Source: Bugula neritina (lineage: Eukaryota; Animalia; Bryozoa). Taken from it: a stretch of 64,000 bases of DNA. The notes beneath the pieces were generated by a model. The model worked only from the letters and a program-made list of their open reading frames with translations, was not told the origin of the DNA and searched no databases. The DNA lies in the NCBI GenBank assembly GCA_964035545.1, contig OZ037765.1, positions 12,534,698 through 12,598,697 on the forward strand, in the 5' to 3' direction. Position numbers and translations under genes: made by a program. Positions 11,747-45,605 of this stretch are shown piece after piece; the first letter of the stretch is position 1; every line of letters starts with the position of its first letter.

Positions 11747-14431
11747 TTGACGTTGCTTTCTGAAATGCATGATTTTAAAACTTTCTGTGGTATTGAGTAA
11801 TAAAGGTTTACGAAAGTAATAAACTTTTATTAGTGCTCTATAATGTACACATAGGACATTCTAATCTCATACTATAATCATGCTGACTAGTGCATCATAT
11901 CTATTGAGACAATTACTTGTAAATGTTGCAAATTATAACTTTCAGCAGTGGAACTCTTGAAAATTTTTATGGGGGGGGGGGGGGTGAGAGTTGGTCACAT
12001 AAAAACATATTCAGAAAATCTTGGAGGAATTTCTAATAATGAATTAATGAAAAGCACCAGCTAAAGTGTGCGTATAGTATATATACTTTTGCAATGAAGT
12101 ATATATATAAGCACACTTTAGCATGTTTCTCATCATAGTCCATTACCCAATAAAAATTCCAAAGTTTAAATTTTTTGTGAGAAACAATATAGTCTAATAA
12201 AACATAGTATTTAATGGCATTTACCTAATAATTGCTGCCACGTAATATTAGCACAATGTTAGCATAATAATAGCACAATGCTAGCATAATATTAAAAAAG
12301 CATTAGCACAATAATGGCATAATAATAACATAATAATAACACCAGTATGATCAATCCAGTATTTATCCCTTGTCAATAGTTGGGAAAATACCCAATGTGG
12401 CTCAAGTAGTGCTGGAAAAGTTTTGCTCTATTCTTCTATTGTCATAATATATAAATTAGACATTAAACAACTCTGGCAGAGGTAGTGGCAGCTTGATTAG
12501 TGAACGAAATCTACTCTTATAGCAGAGCAAGTTTGCTTCCCCAGTTATTGGTGAACCTTTCATATACAGTAGGTGTGTCCCATGTTTTTATATTTATACT
12601 AACTAATCCTGTATTTCAGTTTCCAAAGGTTGCACAACTCTATTGCATGCGTGTGTGGCAGGTGAAAATTTTCTGTTTTGTTGTGATACAGAAATGACTC
12701 AGAATAATGATAAAAAGCTAGTTTTGTAATAAAAATAAAGTTGTAAACTTATTGCATCACAGGATAAGCTACAAGCTTCTAAAATCGAACACAACCTAAA
12801 GTCTAAAAGGTAGACAACTCTAACCTTCCGAAAATTTTTTTTAGCCAGATGCCACTCACCCTACTAGGAATTTTGTTTTGTTGTCATATAAAGTTTTGGT
12901 ACTAGCTATTATTAATAGTTTAAAAACGTGTTCTAAATTATTCAGATATCAAAAACAGCAACAGCAATTGCTATATTGCTATGCTAAGAAAGTATGTTAT
13001 AGTGTCTAATTGATATGCATTAATAATTGTTTAAGCCATTTAAAGCTAGTTTGAGTTGATTCCAGCTAAAAGAAATTTGTTCAAGTACAATGTAAAACTG
13101 CAAATACTTCTACTGGTAAATTTAATTTAGATGAGTATAAGCATCATGAGTGTCGTGATTTTCTAACAACTGCGGTTGACAGCAATTAATTGCTGAAACT
13201 TCGCGTTTTGTTAAGGGAAGTTTGTTAAGCGAAAAGATTTTGGCAAAGCAGCGTTCATTAATTTTTAAGTAACTTGTTTTGAAAGAAAACATTTTTAGAA
13301 AATATATTTAATGAAAATTCAAAAATATAAATACCTTTTATAAACTATTTATTGTCTGCAATCAAAATGTGTTTATACAAAAAATTCCTTAAAATTCTTG
13401 TAAAAAGTATAAATCAAGGAATAACTATTAACTATCATATATGTTGAATGTCACAAAACTATTAGTAGCATTGTGACGAGTTCGAAAAGTCTGGTAGTCA
13501 GAAGTGTATAGACAAGTAGCATACAGCTTGCTAATCCAGTTGAGAGTAAACAGAGTTGTGAATATAGGTAGACTTTATTTCTCCAGCAAGATATACACGT
13601 ATATGAACTTATGAAAATAAACTGATTTGTAAACACAACTGCCTCAGTATTTGTAGTAAACAGAAAAACTCTAGAACATTCTCAAGCATTCCAGTATAGA
13701 AAACTCTAGTAGAAAACATTCCCCACATGCCAATACTATTTAGATGGAAAATCAAAATAAAACAAAACATTGGAACTTCCATGGTTATTTCGCAATTATT
13801 GCGCAACACCTTGTTTACATTGTTGGGCAGTAGTTAACATGACTAATGAAAACAATAACAATGAACAATGACCCATCTCTTTGATCAGTCTAGAATATTT
13901 ATGAACATTCTTGTACAATCATATACACAAATTCTGAGTGTATATGTACACTCAGAATTTGTGACATTGAACATAGAATGTTCCATGGCTTATATATTAC
14001 ATGCTGTAGAAGCTAAGATGGTGTAATTTTAAAAATCAGACAACAATTATAAAAAATAGCATGGCAACATGCAACTAAAAGTAATGCCTACAACATGTGC
14101 CAAAGTCAACAAGAAAGAATAAAAAATACAGAGATGAGAGTAGCTACTGCCGACAGTCTTGAGTACTTTTATAGTTGAATTTTGCCAAAAACTGAGTATA
14201 TAGACATAAAATGCAGTTTTATCACTTTAGTTTCCTTCAAAAGTGATGAGAAGTCAAAAAGTCGAACTCAAGACTTAAAACTATATTTAGAATATCAGGT
14301 AGTAGATAACAGCTGCTGATTCTCATCCATAAACTGAGCTTGCAGTGGTTTATTATATAATAAACCAACTACAAAAGTAAACTTTAATTCTTTGAAGTTC
14401 TGCTTTAGAGCTCATTCCATCGGCTGCCAAA

Positions 14432-23670
<9,239 letters not shown>

Positions 23671-23854
23671 AGGGTGAACAGTGAGCAAGAGGCCTACGTT
23701 ATGTGCTACATACTCTGGCATTCTTTGTACTTTTAAAATAAATTGGAGTTTTAATCAAATGATTTTGGTTCTTAGTGTATAGATCCATGTAGCTATGGTT
23801 TGCTAACGTTCTAAATTTCCATACCAAGAGCTGATTGCACAATAATAAGTCTAA

Positions 23855-24199
23855 AGGCCTAGCCACACACTCATGAAAGTCACACAAAATTTGTGTGAAT
23901 ACTTTCATGAGTTATCCTCTCGTTAGGACCAGTCACACGTTTGTTGAACAAGACACATAATAAATAGTTCGTGAAGGGGTTTTGCACAGGATAAAAAACA
24001 GCAGAAGATTGCCAGTCACAGAAACCTGGTAGAACTAAAATAATCACTGTTGCTAAAATTCTATTGACCAATCAAGTGGTGCTTATTGTCAATTGCATTC
24101 TTTCGTCCATCATCTTCAGTGGGTGCACCCAGCAAACACGATTTCATATAAATTCTCTCAAATTTGTCGTGTAATTCTCACGAGTGTGTGGCCAGGCCT
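23855..24199. mobile_element. PIF/Harbinger-type MITE (345 bp)
   Basis: TAA|AGGCCTAGCCACACACTCATGA ... TCACGAGTGTGTGGCCAGGCCT|TAA: imperfect TIRs with a 3-bp TAA target-site duplication. Confidence 0.8.
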
Positions 24200-24889
24200 T
24201 AAGGGAGAAGCTGATTAACTGAAACTAAACAGCTAACACTACCTTCATATTTTAGCAATTTAGATGTCCTCATTTGCATGCAATGCAAAGATAGCAGGTC
24301 ACTATGACAGCATGAATATTTTAACTATATTAGAGAAGGCAACGGCAGATGAGATATTTTTCAAATATTTAATCATATTAAGTTTATAGAAGAAGCAGAA
24401 ACTGAAGATAACTTTACGTGATATTTTGCATATAGTTACAATCTTTCAAAACCAGTTTTAGTTGCACAAGCTGAATAAAATAAAGAAGATATTTGCTTTT
24501 AATGAGGTTACTTGCATCATTTACTAGATTCTACTTAAAATATTATTTAATTATAAAAAGCAAACAATGGGATTTGAAATATATGTTATGTTATGCTATT
24601 TGAATTTATCTAACTATATGCTAATAAACTTATTTTCTGATGCTTTTATGCAACTTTCTTGCACTTTTTTCATTTTTATATGGTTAAAAGTCAGTTACAG
24701 AATTATGAATGACATGGCATTGTATAGCTTATAAGATTTACATACAACTTTATGTTGATAGCAACCGAAGGTATTTTCTTCTATATATTATTTTACTCGT
24801 TGGTATAATTAATGCCAATCACCATGGTAACTAGAGCTAAAAGCCAATCCACATTGCTATACCAGCAGACATCTTAAAGTCGTCTTAAA

Positions 24890-26560
24890 ATGAGGGGTGT
24901 AAAGAGCAGCTTGTGTAAGTGGGTACTGGGTTTATTTGCTTTGCTAATTTTTAGCGGCCTATTCTCAAGAATCAAGAACTATGATGACAAAATAGAGTAA
25001 GTATTTTATGCTATTAGTTTGTTTTATTAAAGAAGTCTGTAAAAGGCTTTGATTAATGAGTTTATTGTCACATCACATCTATAACTATTATATCATTATT
25101 GCAATTTGTAACTAGCAGCACAAGTTAAGTTTATATAGTAAGTTAGTTTATATACAAGTATATTAATTAACAATTCTAGAAATTTTATATGCATATAACA
25201 TTATATGCTTTACGTGTATATTGCATTAGCTATTTCTTTGGGATTTAAACAAGTTTAAAATGAAATTTCTTTGTGGATTATTTTTAGGGTCGTAGACCAT
25301 GGAGTAAACATTTATTTGCGTAACCTGGTCATCTATAATGGGACAGCTGCCCCCATGCCAGATCATAAAAACGCTAGCTACGAATACGCAGCACACAGGT
25401 CCATAAATGCATCGAGGAGACAACCACAATGCATTCCTCAAATGAGTTTGGTGTTTATAAAGACACACAAGTCAGGAAGTACTACCTTAATAGCGACATT
25501 TCAAAAGTATGCGTATTTAAACAAACTGCTGATGATGGTGCCTAGAACAAATAACAACATGTATAACTGGCCAATGGAATTTCAACCCAACAAAGACAAC
25601 ATGAAATCACCAATTCACACTAAGTTTGACATGCTAGTCAACCATGTTATATTTAATAAAACATCGATAAGTCAACTGATGAAACCACAGACAAAATATG
25701 TAACCATTATCAGGGAGCCCCTTTTTCACCTCAGATCTGCTTTTGATTATTTTGATGTAAACAAAAATCACAGGCTAGGAAAAGGAAAAGCTGCAATGGA
25801 ACTGTTTCTATCAGATCCTGAAGAGTATGACAAACTGCCATTTTGGATGGATGACATAGTATATTTTGCTAATAATAGAATAAACTCCATGACACGGAAC
25901 CTGCAGTCAGCTGATCTTGGACTAAGTTACTGGGACTTTGATGATGAGGATATAGTACAGAGCTTTGTAAAAACAGTGTTGGACGAGTTTCATTTCATTC
26001 TAATTTTAGAGCGGCTTGAGGAATCACTTGTATTATTTCGAAGAGTGATGTGCTGGGAAATGAAAGATATTATGTTTATTAAAAAGAATGTAAATCCTAA
26101 ACATGAATACAGAGTAGAAGACTTGTCCTTACAAAGTCGCATAAATGCATATAAATGGAATAATGTAGACCTTATGTTGTATAGAGAAGCAACTTATAAG
26201 CTGGATCAGTTGTTATCGGAAGAACCTGGTATATATGATGAAATAGAAGTTTATAGAAATTTAAAACATACAATAACAAAATACTGCATAGAAGGCATAC
26301 TATTTGAACATGTACAAGATCCATTAGTTATACCAGCAGGACGGTGGAATAGTGAAATAATAGTTGACGGCACATTTTGTGCACTTTTACTGTTAGATGA
26401 GCGAGATATGACTCATGTGTTTAAATGTCTCCAGTACCCTTGGCATACAGATTGTCAAGAGAAAAGTGGAGCAAGATTTCAACAAATCCAAGATATGATT
26501 GAAGGAGTACAAGATTTTGAAAATATTCCCCCGTCAACAAGAAAACCTAGACGAAAATAA
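24890..26560 (+). CDS. Galactose-3-O-sulfotransferase family protein (GAL3ST-like), type II Golgi membrane protein
   Basis: join(24890-24996,25288-26560). Exon 1 encodes the TM anchor (KWVLGLFALLIFSGLFS). 5'-PSB motif FIKTHKSGSTT, 3'-PB motif YVTIIREP..SAFDYF, and family motifs ERLEESLVL and WNNVDLMLY. Confidence 0.88.
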
Positions 26561-27178
26561 CCATATGCAGTATTATTGGTGATAGGATGCATCATGTAGA
26601 CAATCTATCCCAGACAGAGCAGCTCTTTGCCTCATGACACGGGAATCTTTTCTATTTAGCTTAATTATTTGTCAACAGATTTTTGTAGCTGTAAAAAGGA
26701 AATCATGATTTGCGAAATAAAGATTTTACCTTATTGCAGGACACTATTTGCCAGGCAAATCTGGTTCTATATTGCTACTTATTTTAATCTAAAAAATTAC
26801 ACTGAATAACACATGTTGAAAGGTTGTCATAATATCTAACTATATTATATGAAAGCTAAAAAGTAAAACAAATAGTTTAGTCATGTTGAACTGGCGTAAT
26901 TTTTATGAATAAAAATCAGACTTTGTGTACCTTTGTATAATATTTATTTACATATTAAAATATTATGTACATGATGACAAAACATTATTTACCTTATTTT
27001 TATGTAAAAAATTATTGGTTTATATTTTTATTGCAAGTGAGAATCGCAAAAAAATAAATTATTTTACAATTAAAAACACAAAATGCATCATAAAATCCCA
27101 TCAACCATTACATTTTGCATAAAAGGAATAATACAAATACAATAGGAATTGCTATACATTATAAAACCATATATACAG

Positions 27179-38175
<10,997 letters not shown>

Positions 38176-40179
38176 TGTTTATCAATATCCTACAAAACAA
38201 CAACTTAAGGCATATATTCTAGTAAATTAAATTACCAAATGCTTATAATGTAACTACAGCTTTAATCGACTATAAGTAATAATCAACGCACCTACAACCC
38301 ATGTTAAAATATATTACATAAAATACCTAGATTCACTAAAGAGTAATTTTATGTATTGAAAATTCCCATATATTGCAAAAAATGGACTTGCATTCGATGT
38401 AGATAATTTTAAACATGTATGTGGTTTAAAAATCTCAATCTTTTCACTGCACTTATCTTAATAATAGCCAAATTTGTCACATTTAATTTTTTTATTTCAT
38501 TTACATGATGGTAGTTTTCAGATAAATTCAAACTCAATATGCGAGAATATTTTTATTAAACTATTCACATATCTTAAGGAGGTTTAGTGAATTATCTTAT
38601 GCAAAATAAAACGCAATTTGAAATGCTTTTTAGCAGTAGTGCTGATTCAAGCCACTAAAACTATCACAATGACTACCAACACCAGCTTTTTTAGGTTTTA
38701 TTTTTAATAAAAAAGAACTTAATTAAATCTCAACATTTCAGGCAGTCATAAATTAAATTTGTTTAAAAATCAAACATGTAAGAGTGAGAATTGAACCCAT
38801 CCCATCCCTATTCTACATTTGGAATGATTGTTAGTATCTCAAACCAGTACACGGAACAACTCATTTTTACCTATTAGACATGTATTTATGGTTAGACTTG
38901 GAGTTATTTAAATTATTGATATTCTTACAGATCCAGTATGACTATGAGTATAAATAAATCACCATACTCATACTTACTAGACCAAATTTACAAGTTTCAG
39001 TGAGTGAAACTAATAAGAAAAACAATATTTTATTTTGACTGTTCATAGCTAAAAACTAGTCTGAGCTAACAACTGCAATTAAGCAACTACAATATGATCA
39101 GTAGTTATATTACTGTTACATATATTAGACTTAGTACCTATATTTCTTACAATATTTATGCTATGACTAATTTGATATACTCAATAATATTTATACTGTC
39201 ACTATATTCATAATGACTGGCAATTTAAATGTAAGTTACAAATACATATGGCTATTGATGATTTAATCCTTTTGCACTTCAACAAGTAGGAATGCTAATT
39301 CTAAAAGTAAGTCTAACACTAGTCATTAGGCTGGAAAGCAATTTCAAACTAACATTTTAATTGTTGTTAAATAATTGTTATAGGATTAAGTAGTAATTCA
39401 TTAATTGTGAATGCAAATATTAAATAATTCAGTAAAACTTGTGTATAACTTGAACTTTAGGTATTTAGGAAATAATACAGATTGAGATACTCATAATCAT
39501 AATGATACTGATAGCAATCAAGTAAAAGATATGAAATACTGTTCTCATACTTATAGTTATACTACTATACAGTATACAGTTTATTACCATAACTATAACT
39601 ATTAGTATTACTATTAGCCTTAGGAGTAGAACTAGAAGCAGTAATACTAATGGTTATAGTAACAATTAGAGTCAAATAGTAATACTAACTATTAGTATTA
39701 TTATTAGAATATTACTATTAGTAATACTATTAGATTTAGTATTATCTATTAGACTATAGTAATACTATGTCTATTAGTATTACTATTAGTATTAGTTAAA
39801 CTTGAAGTAGTTTACACTTTGACTTATACTTATAGTTATAGTTATACTTATAGTAAGTTACTGATAAGTAAAAAGTATAATTCAAAATTAAGCAATACTT
39901 TTAATTTTAGTTTTACTGTTATTAATTTCAAAATAAAAATTTATTCCGGTGTCTTGGGTTATATTTTAAAACAAATTTCAATGAGTTTTACTTTTAGTTT
40001 TAGTTTACAGTTCATAGTGAAAAAAACAGCTTTTAAATGTTTATTATTTCAAATTTATGATTCATAGTCTAATAACACCTATATCAATAGTGATGTCATT
40101 AAATTTGAATCCTGATAATAATATTCATCGACTTATACTTATAGCTAGAGAAGCAACTAAGCTAAGTTGGGCTAACGTA

Positions 40180-40460
40180 AAATTAAATAATAATATCACA
40201 CGGCCAACCAAAATTCGTTCACTATGGTTTTGACGGATGTACAAATAAATAAGCTACTCTCGGTAGTGAAGTATTTACGAATTACTTCGAGTCGAATATA
40301 TTGGCGGCACTATAACATTAATTTTACATTTCCTAACTAAACAAGTGGCCTTCAATATCATTCTAATTACTATTAGTTCAATCGCTCTACTTCTAGTCAC
40401 TAATTCTAATACTAACTCGAATGACAAAAAGACGCTAATGTTTATTACGTCTTTACGTTT
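40180..40460. promoter_or_regulatory. Candidate bidirectional promoter between divergent DHX8 and NIF3L1
   Basis: A locally CpG-enriched patch between head-to-head housekeeping genes. Both ATGs are preceded by splice acceptors, which implies upstream non-coding first exons. Inference only. Confidence 0.3.
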
Positions 40461-40851
40461 AACACTTAAGATAGCCAATAGTGTAGCCAAGTGATATTAT
40501 AGTGATTAGTATCACAATGACTGAATGAGTTGATTACAATCGGTATCACTAACGTCTGACACTGAGTCTGACAGTGATAGTGATACTCATACTCAATACT
40601 GTAGTGATACCAATAGTGATACTGATAGTAATACTCATACTCATACTGATAGTGATAATGAATGATACTCTTACACGTGTAGCAAATCAATCCTCAACTT
40701 TCAGAAAACAATACTATTAGTATTACTATTACTATTACTGAGTATTAGTATTACTAGAAACAACTCAAACATATATAATTTAATACACTGCAAGATTACT
40801 AATGTTTAGCATACTAATAGTAATAGTAATAACATAAGATTTATTAGATCG

Positions 40852-40853
<2 letters not shown>

Positions 40854-40906
<53 letters not shown>
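40854..40906. repeat. (TA)n microsatellite
   Basis: Perfect TA run. Confidence 0.95.
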
Positions 40907-40909
<3 letters not shown>

Positions 40910-41509
40910 TATATATCAATGACAGTATGAATATGTTTGGTTTCTATAAAATGATGGCATTAAATGATTAAGATTTAAGCTATAAAGTCTTATTACTATT
41001 AGTATTACTGTTACTATTAGTTAATTCAATACAAGTCGGTTGTATTCATAACTGCACTGCACTAGTAACTGCAATAATAACATTAACTATGTATAATATA
41101 ACCGTTATGTTATTAGAAGTATAAGATTATAAATATAACTATAAGTATAACTTAATGTAGTTATAGTCTATAAAACTAAGTATTTCATAATTTTAAATCA
41201 GCTACTACAAGCAGCCAGAAAGAGGCTCAGAATACTTTCAAAGCTCTCTTGATAAGACGTGAGAAAGGGCGAACAGCTTAAAATAATATTTTGGATCAAA
41301 ATAGTTTAAAATAGACTACATGTAATTTTAGTGCAGAATGTTACATAACTGGTATAGATGTAACCATAGATCAATTAGAACCTAGAGTTTCGTATGCAAT
41401 TATGATTACTATTTTTTATTTCTTTTAATATCCGACAAATGACCAATTATGCTATAGTTAACTACCAAAACTCCAATTATGCTGAAAACAGTATTCTATA
41501 AAAAAACTC

Positions 41510-41581
41510 TGTCCTCACTGGGATTCGAACCCAAGATCTCCAGCTTGCAACCAGGCGTGCTAACCATTATACCACAGAGAT
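41510..41581 (-). pseudogene. Degenerate tRNA-like sequence (GCA in the anticodon position): tRNA pseudogene or SINE head
   Basis: The minus strand reads ATCTCTGTGGTATAATGGTTAGCACGCCTGGTTGCAAGCTGGAGATCTTGGGTTCGAATCCCAGTGAGGACA, followed by a T-run. A and B boxes and the T-arm are intact; the acceptor and anticodon stems are mispaired. Confidence 0.6.
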
Positions 41582-41946
41582 CACTGGGTAAACTCAACAC
41601 TACATATTGTTTTGTATATCTTCTTGGTACTGAATTTTTACTGGGCAGCAATAAAGTTTCTTTTAAAAAATAGAAATAAATATAAATATTTTTTTGAAGG
41701 TAATTTCATCTTTAAATAAAATATTTTAAATAAACTGCAAAAAAAGTCATTTTTAAGTGACAAACCTGATATAATATTTTAATTAAGACTTTCAAATATT
41801 TTGCAAAAGAAGTAATTCTGCTATTTGTATTTTAAATCTCATTTCCTTTGACTTGAATTCAAATTTTTGTAACCATTTCAGTGTATATTTCGTTCTTTAA
41901 TTTTGTAAAATATTCATACTAAGTTCTAATTCTAGGCAACTAAAAG

Positions 41947-43782
41947 ATGGTTTCAAGGTGTAAAGGAATTAGTTTGCCAGAAGTTCTTCAAGTTTTAGAA
42001 ACATTGGCTCCATTAAAGCTTGCTGAAAATTGGGATAATGTTGGGTTATTAATTGAACCTAGCTCACCTCACATTGTCAGAAAACTTATGCTTACAAATG
42101 ATTTGACGCAACCTGTAATGGAAGAGACTATTAAGCATCAATGCAACATGATTATCTCATATCATCCACCCATATTTCAAGCTCTAAAGCAATTGAGAAC
42201 ATCTAACGTGAAACAAAACTTAGTTATTCAGTGCCTGGAAAATCGGGTTGCTGTATTCTCACCTCATACATCATATGACGTAGCTGCTGATGGAGTCAAC
42301 GACTGGCTAATATCAGCCTTTGGTAAGATCTTGTGTATATTCAATTAGTAATTAATAATACTTGTGGGGTCTTTAATACATGATGCCTTTTATGTCAACA
42401 TGTATACATACAATTAATGTTGGCATGTATGCACTCATGTGTTATTGAACATTTTGTTGTTAAGTTTACCTTTCTATTTTCTTGATTTGAGAAAACTTAG
42501 TCTGCAAAATATAAGTCTGTCTACAATAAAAAACTAACAAGGGCTACTTTTTACTCATTAGAAATGTTTCAACTTCGTACATAGGTGAACTACGTGATGT
42601 AAAACCAGTTACTGCACTTCAAGATCCAGTCTCTGTAAATCACCGGTTACTTGATAAAGATGAAATTTTAAGGTTAGCCATGATGTAATACGGATAAAAA
42701 GATATTATGCAATATTTTGCATTGTTTTCACTTCCCCACCTAAATGATTTTTACTTTTTTTGTGAGATTTCCTATGGTAATATACTTGTCGCAACTTTCC
42801 TCTGCAACTTTTTGTTTTACGGTCACTCATATTACTAGTAACGTTACACAATGCCTGCTGATGGACAATATTTCGCCTTCTTGAAAATTTTTATTTTTGT
42901 TTTGTCACGTTTTTCAAATTTTGAATTTTAATAGGTTGAAGTCACAGCTTAGTTGTGGCAGTACTACTTCACCCTTGTCCGGAGATATCAGCTACGTGTC
43001 TCGCAATTTTGCCTCTACTCTTAATGTAAGTTTCTTCATAACAAATGTTTATTGTAATAAACTCTGCATGCAGCATACTTTATTATTGTCTTTAAAGTTA
43101 CTGTTGGATTTGTTGAACGTTGTTTTGTAGTCTAAAGAAGCTATAGTTGAAGTTGGAAGTGGTCGAAGAGCAATGCTATCTAGACCTTTGACTATTGTAC
43201 AGGCATTAGATCGAGTTAAAAAGTACTTAGGTCTACCCTCTGTCAGGGTTGCTATAGGTGAAGGAAAAACATTAGGTAAGTTTGCTGATTTTCTATTGGT
43301 TCATATTACATTAAAGTTTGTTATGTTTTAAATGCTAGTGTAGTCCTTGTAATTCAAGTCAGTTTTTACTTATGATATTTTGTTGTGCAATACAAACACA
43401 CTTATTATAATTATATCACTGGATGCGCAGTTCAACCTTAGTGTTATAATTATGTTTTATATGTATACAAGTGCTATTTTACGAGATATAGAAGCTAATT
43501 TTTTCTATACTTGCAGATTCTGAGGTTGAAACAGTTGCTTGCTGTGCCGGATCAGGATCAAGTGTTCTCAACAACTGTGATGTGGACATCTACCTATCTG
43601 GTGAAATGTCTCACCACGATGTACTCCATGCTACTAGTCATGGGCGAACTGTTATGTTATGTGAACACTCAAACTCTGAAAGAGGTTATCTGGTGAACTT
43701 GCAGAAAAAGTTATCTCTATTACTTCCTCAAGTCGAGTTTATGGTCTCGCAATCTGATGCTGATCCATTGGTTGTAATGTAA
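41947..43782 (+). CDS. NIF3L1: NIF3-like protein 1
   Basis: Approximate exons 41947-42322, 42585-42671, 42935-43025, 43131-43274, 43517-43782. Motifs LAPLKLAENWDNVGLLIEP, LTNDLT, ISYHPPIF, SPHTSYD..GVNDWL, CAGSG, YLSGEMSHHDVL and LCEHSNSERGYL. Confidence 0.95.
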
Positions 43783-45605
43783 AAGTAGCTGCCACAGGCA
43801 TTGCAATTCTATCTTTTAGAATATTTTTTTTATGTTTTATGTGAATAAATGTTGCTATAGGTGTAGACCAAATTGACGCCGCAATTACTTTAATCTGATT
43901 GCCGTACATTATAAACTTTTCTGACATTTTCCATCAATTATATAATAACTCGCATTGGTTTAGTCACAATCTTTGTGAAAACACCGTAGGTTTTAACGGG
44001 ACTGTGAGCTGAACAGTAGCACAGCCATGTTATTACAATGCCTCTTTGGCCATACTTACAATGAAATCGGCTTGTTTTATTGATTAATGCAACTTTACTA
44101 GTTTTATACTAAAATTCAAAAACCAAATTAACATTAGATTAAAAAGTCAAAATGAAATGTTGAAGGGCTGACGATGCCTTGTAAAAATTATGTCCTCAGG
44201 TTACATGCAGTTTCATAAAGCTTTATAAATAAATTTGAAAGGTCGAATATCGTAGCACAGTATAGGTCACTTGCATTATTTTTATATTCTAGGCATACTT
44301 TCTATATAGACTCAAGTAATGGATGGTAGCTGTAGATGATCATAATATTATGAGCACAATCATAAAAACTGCATGCACATGTTTCAAATATCTAATGGTA
44401 TTTATTGTGTAGTAAGATAAAGCTAATAAGTGCCATATTGGTTTTTGGATGGGCATGCAAACTTGAAAAAAAATCTGGCATACAAGCTCCAAGCTTAACA
44501 TCTTAGACGCTACTAGTTCAAATAATTTGGGTTGCAAAGTGAAGACCTAGATCAATTTTAATGAGAAACCAAAAAAACTGTAAATCCCTGTCATGTATTT
44601 AATAGGCTCTGGTCGATAATTTAAGAAATGTTCTTACTGGCTGAAAAAATTAATTTCGACTCACTTGCAACATTTTATAGCTTAGGATAATTGTCACTTG
44701 ATTTTCTTTTGTGCAATTTGAAAACCACAGGCGTGAGTTTACAGAAAAAGCAATCTGCTATACCTAGATTACCAAGAAATGCGATGTAACCAGGATTTGC
44801 TTTCTCGTGCATTGTCGAAAACTTCGATATTTTCAAGCTTTGCTTAAAAATAGTTGCTTTCCTAAAACTTATAATTGTGCTATAATAATTATGACTTTTC
44901 CCTGTCCTTCAACACTTTCGGGCTACTAATACTAATGTAGTAGGTTCAGTATGAGTAAAAGGATCACAAAAATATTGTTCACTTGAAATACCCACAAATT
45001 GATTTTCGTGGTAGCTTTAAAACGTTGAAAATAATTATAATGGATATTATTGTTTGTTTCAGGATATCAATATTTAATATTCTGATATTGATATTTAAAT
45101 TGATTATCATTATGCGTTGAGTTTGATATTGTAATTGATAATGATTTTCATATTGGATAATGCTAATACTAATAGTAATAGTAATACTAATACTAATACT
45201 GTAATAGTATTAGTATTACTATGAGCATGAGTAATACTAATCATAATAGTAATAATAATAGTGTCAGTGATAGTGGTAGACTTGATGTATTTCAATTTCA
45301 ATTTGTAATTATTATTATAAAATTAACTTTTATTTATGTTTAATACTAATAGTAATTCCTGCTGTGAAACTTAAAAGTTAACTGCGTTATACTAATACGG
45401 CAACGCTTATTCAGATATTATATTTATTGTTGCTCAGTTGCTTCCACTTTAACTTGCACTAAGCTTCAACTTGCAAATATTGAAATACTAATAGATTTAG
45501 TGTCTTATACTTTAGGGTTACTATTGATATTGCTATTAGTATTAGTGTTACTCCAACACTAACAGCAAGTGTAACTGTGTTAGTCTTACAAATATAAACT
45601 CTTAA

